DNA of 64,000 nt from Octopus bimaculoides. Taxonomy: Eukaryota. The notes under the pieces were generated by a model. It worked only from the letters and a program-made list of their open reading frames with translations. It made no database searches and was not told the origin of the DNA. The position numbers and the translations under genes were made by a program. The stretch is from the NCBI RefSeq assembly GCF_001194135.2, contig NC_068998.1, positions 16,746,834-16,810,833 on the forward strand, in the 5' to 3' direction. Positions 61,504 through 64,000 of this stretch are shown piece after piece (within the stretch, counting starts at the first letter, position 1; the number at the start of each line of letters is the position of its first letter).

Positions 61504-62888
61504 GTATGTACTTTTGTTTGACTTCTTTTCTTAATTTTGTTATCTTTTATTATTATTATTATTTTTTTGCTATTAGTGATTTACCAGATTGTAAGTTAAT
61601 GGAACAACTCAACTTAGTATAAAAACCATTTTACCTGTGCTTACAAACTATATTATTCATCTTGTGGGTGCTGGTGCCATATAAAATACGCCTGTGCCAG
61701 TGCTGTGTAAATGCATCCAGTACACACTGTAGAGTGGTTGGTGTCAGGAAGAGCAGCCAGCCATAGAAGCCATGCCAAAACAGACATGGTTGCCTGGGCA
61801 GCTCTTCGGCTGGTCAGTTCTTGTCAAACCATCCAACCCATGCCAGCATGGAAAACAGACGTTACATGCTGATGACTAATGAGCAGCTTTCAACTTATTC
61901 CATTCCAAGATTTTTTAACCTGATATTTACATTATGTTATTTGCCTATTTTGAGTTCCACCATTAAAGACAATTATTTATTACAAACAACATGTCATGTC
62001 AGACATTTAGATATTTAAGGGAATCATCATCATCATCATCATCATCGTTTAACATCCGCTTTCCATGCTAACATGGGTTGGACGATTTGACTGAGGACTG
62101 GTGCAACCGGATGGCTACACCAGGCTCCAATCTAATTTGGCAGAGTTTCTACAGCTGGATGCCCTTCCTAACGCCAACCACTCAGAGAGTGTAGTGGGTG
62201 CTTTTATGTGTCACCCGCACGAAAACGGCCACGCTCGAAATGGTGTCTTTTATGTGCCACCCGCACAAGAGCCAGTCCAGGGGCACTGGCAACGATCTCG
62301 CTCGAAAACCCTANNNNNNNNNNNNNNNNNNNNNNNNNNNNNNNNNNNNNNNNNNNNNNNNNNNNNNNNNNNNNNNNNNNNNNNNNNNNNNNNNNNNNNN
62401 NNNNNNNNNNNNNNNNNNNNNNNNNNNNNNNNNNNNNNNNNNNNNNNNNNNNNNNNNNNNNNNNNNNNNNNNNNNNNNNNNNNNNNNNNNNNNNNNNNNN
62501 NNNNNNNNNNNNNNNNNNNNNNNNNNNNNNNNNNNNNNNNNNNNNNNNNNNNNNNNNNNNNNNNNNNNNNNNNNNNNNNNNNNNNNNNNNNNNNNNNNNN
62601 NNNNNNNNNNNNNNNNNNNNNNNNNNNNNNNNNNNNNNNNNNNNNNNNNGCAATCGTCTCTCTTGCACACCACTACTGACGCTTCTTATGTTCAGCTTTT
62701 CTCTCAAGATACTTACACTCTGACGGGTATGCACATTTACATTACACATCCAGCGGAGCAAGCTACATTTATTTTTTTAACTTGATGAGTCTGGAGGAAG
62801 TGCCAGAGCTCGTGGTCTTTGCAGGCCCACCTAGATATTTAATTGTTTGAAAGTTATTGGTATTTCATATTGTATCTTTATGTTGCAG

Positions 62889-63158
62889 ATTCAAATGGCA
62901 AAGGTTTCACAACTACTGAAGACACAGATATCTTTTTGGACTCACCAGGATCTTTCAAGATGTCTGAGAAATTTGAAAATTCTTGCAAAAATGTTTCAAG
63001 CGATTCTGATTCTGACGTCCAGTCTTCGTCAAGCAGTGGCATGGAATCATTTGACTCTGATGATATGATGTATCCTCTCTTTGTTTGCTTCACTTGTACC
63101 ATTAAACAGAACTCTGATTTTCACCACAGAATTGTCAGCACCCTTCCAACATGTCTGG
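62889..63158 (+). CDS. SZT2: SZT2 internal exon I, phase 1 to 1; gene continues beyond window
   Basis: ttgcag acceptor, G|gtaatt donor. Acidic/Ser-rich linker then YPLFVCFTCTIKQNSDFHHRIVSTLPTCLG, similar to human [30 protein letters not shown] (recalled). Confidence 0.93.
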
Positions 63159-63340
63159 GTAATTTTTATTTTTCATTTTGTTTTGAATTTTTTTCTGTTT
63201 TAGCTTTTTTTCTTTTTTTTTTCAACTTCTTACTTGTTTCAGGTAATGTGTTTTGGCTATGCTGGGGCATCACCTTGAAGGGTTTTAGCCAAACAAATCT
63301 AGTCCAGTACATATGTTTTTTTAAACCTTTTAACATCTAT

Positions 63341-63623
63341 AGGCGCAGGAGTGGCTGTGTGGTAATTAGCTTGCTTACCAACCACATGGTTCCGAGTTCA
63401 GTCCCACTGCGTAGCATCTTGGGCAAGTGTCTTCTACTATAGCCTCGGGTCGACCAAAGCCTTGTGAGTGGATTTGGTAGACGGAAACTGAAAGAAGCCC
63501 GTCGTATATATGTGTGTGTGTCTGTGTTTGTCCCCCTAGCATTGCTTGACAGCTGAAGGGGGTCGACTAAAGGCGGTGCTCCAGCATGGCCGCAGTCAAA
63601 TGACTGAAACAAGTAAAAGAGTA
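63341..63623 (+). mobile_element. SINE family A, young internally deleted copy
   Basis: Head nearly identical to 26474. Jumps from gcttgacag to ggggtcgactaaaggcgg. Confidence 0.9.
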
Positions 63624-64000
63624 ATCTAAACCAGTCATATTTGACCAAAATATTCTACCTGTTTTATGTTCAAATTGGCCAGATCTGGCCTTTCACACCA
63701 ACCCTACAATAGCATTCTAAAGATTAACAGTTACTTCACCAAAATCTCATAGATACAAAATAATGCATAATTAATTCAAAACAATGTGATTTAATAAGCA
63801 TTACTTTTGACATGGGAATCTCTGTACTAATGTCTTTGTATTTAAATTATATGATCTTAATCAAAATTTCATTATAATAAAGAGTAAAGACCCCCTTCAG
63901 TCATGAATGACCGTAGGATTGCACCTAGAAAGTTGCCCTCTGAGGTACAAGCCTGAGCAAGGTTGTTTATGGAAAGCCAGCAATTGCCCATGCATACCGA

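Noticed and set aside
55036-62785. Long ORFs of 100-379 aa in the ORF track
   Set aside because: They consist of X from N-gaps.

Overview
AT-rich, repeat-dense animal genomic DNA with eight N-gaps. The SINE/LINE/MITE content suggests an octopod cephalopod (inference). The only gene I can support is a + strand internal portion of SZT2 (KICSTOR scaffold). It has 9 phase-compatible GT-AG exons between 43839 and 63158 (2380 nt, about 793 codons), recognised from motifs recalled from human SZT2. I found no SZT2 exon in the first 43.8 kb. The rest is intronic or intergenic and contains: three tRNA-headed SINE families with swappable modules; RTE LINE ORF2 and 3'UTR remnants; two different mariner transposase remnants; piggyBac-like (TTAA), hAT (8-bp TSD) and Tc1/pogo-like (TA) MITEs, often nested; a 35-bp degenerate minisatellite; and many microsatellites. 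The most notable non-coding signals are a minimal type I hammerhead ribozyme motif in a Penelope-like remnant (46110-46155, minus), a pseudoknot-capable element at the 5' end of an RTE remnant (48072-48166), and a variable array of about 65-bp CACGTG-containing units in the RTE 3'UTR family. I found no clearly new multi-gene system.
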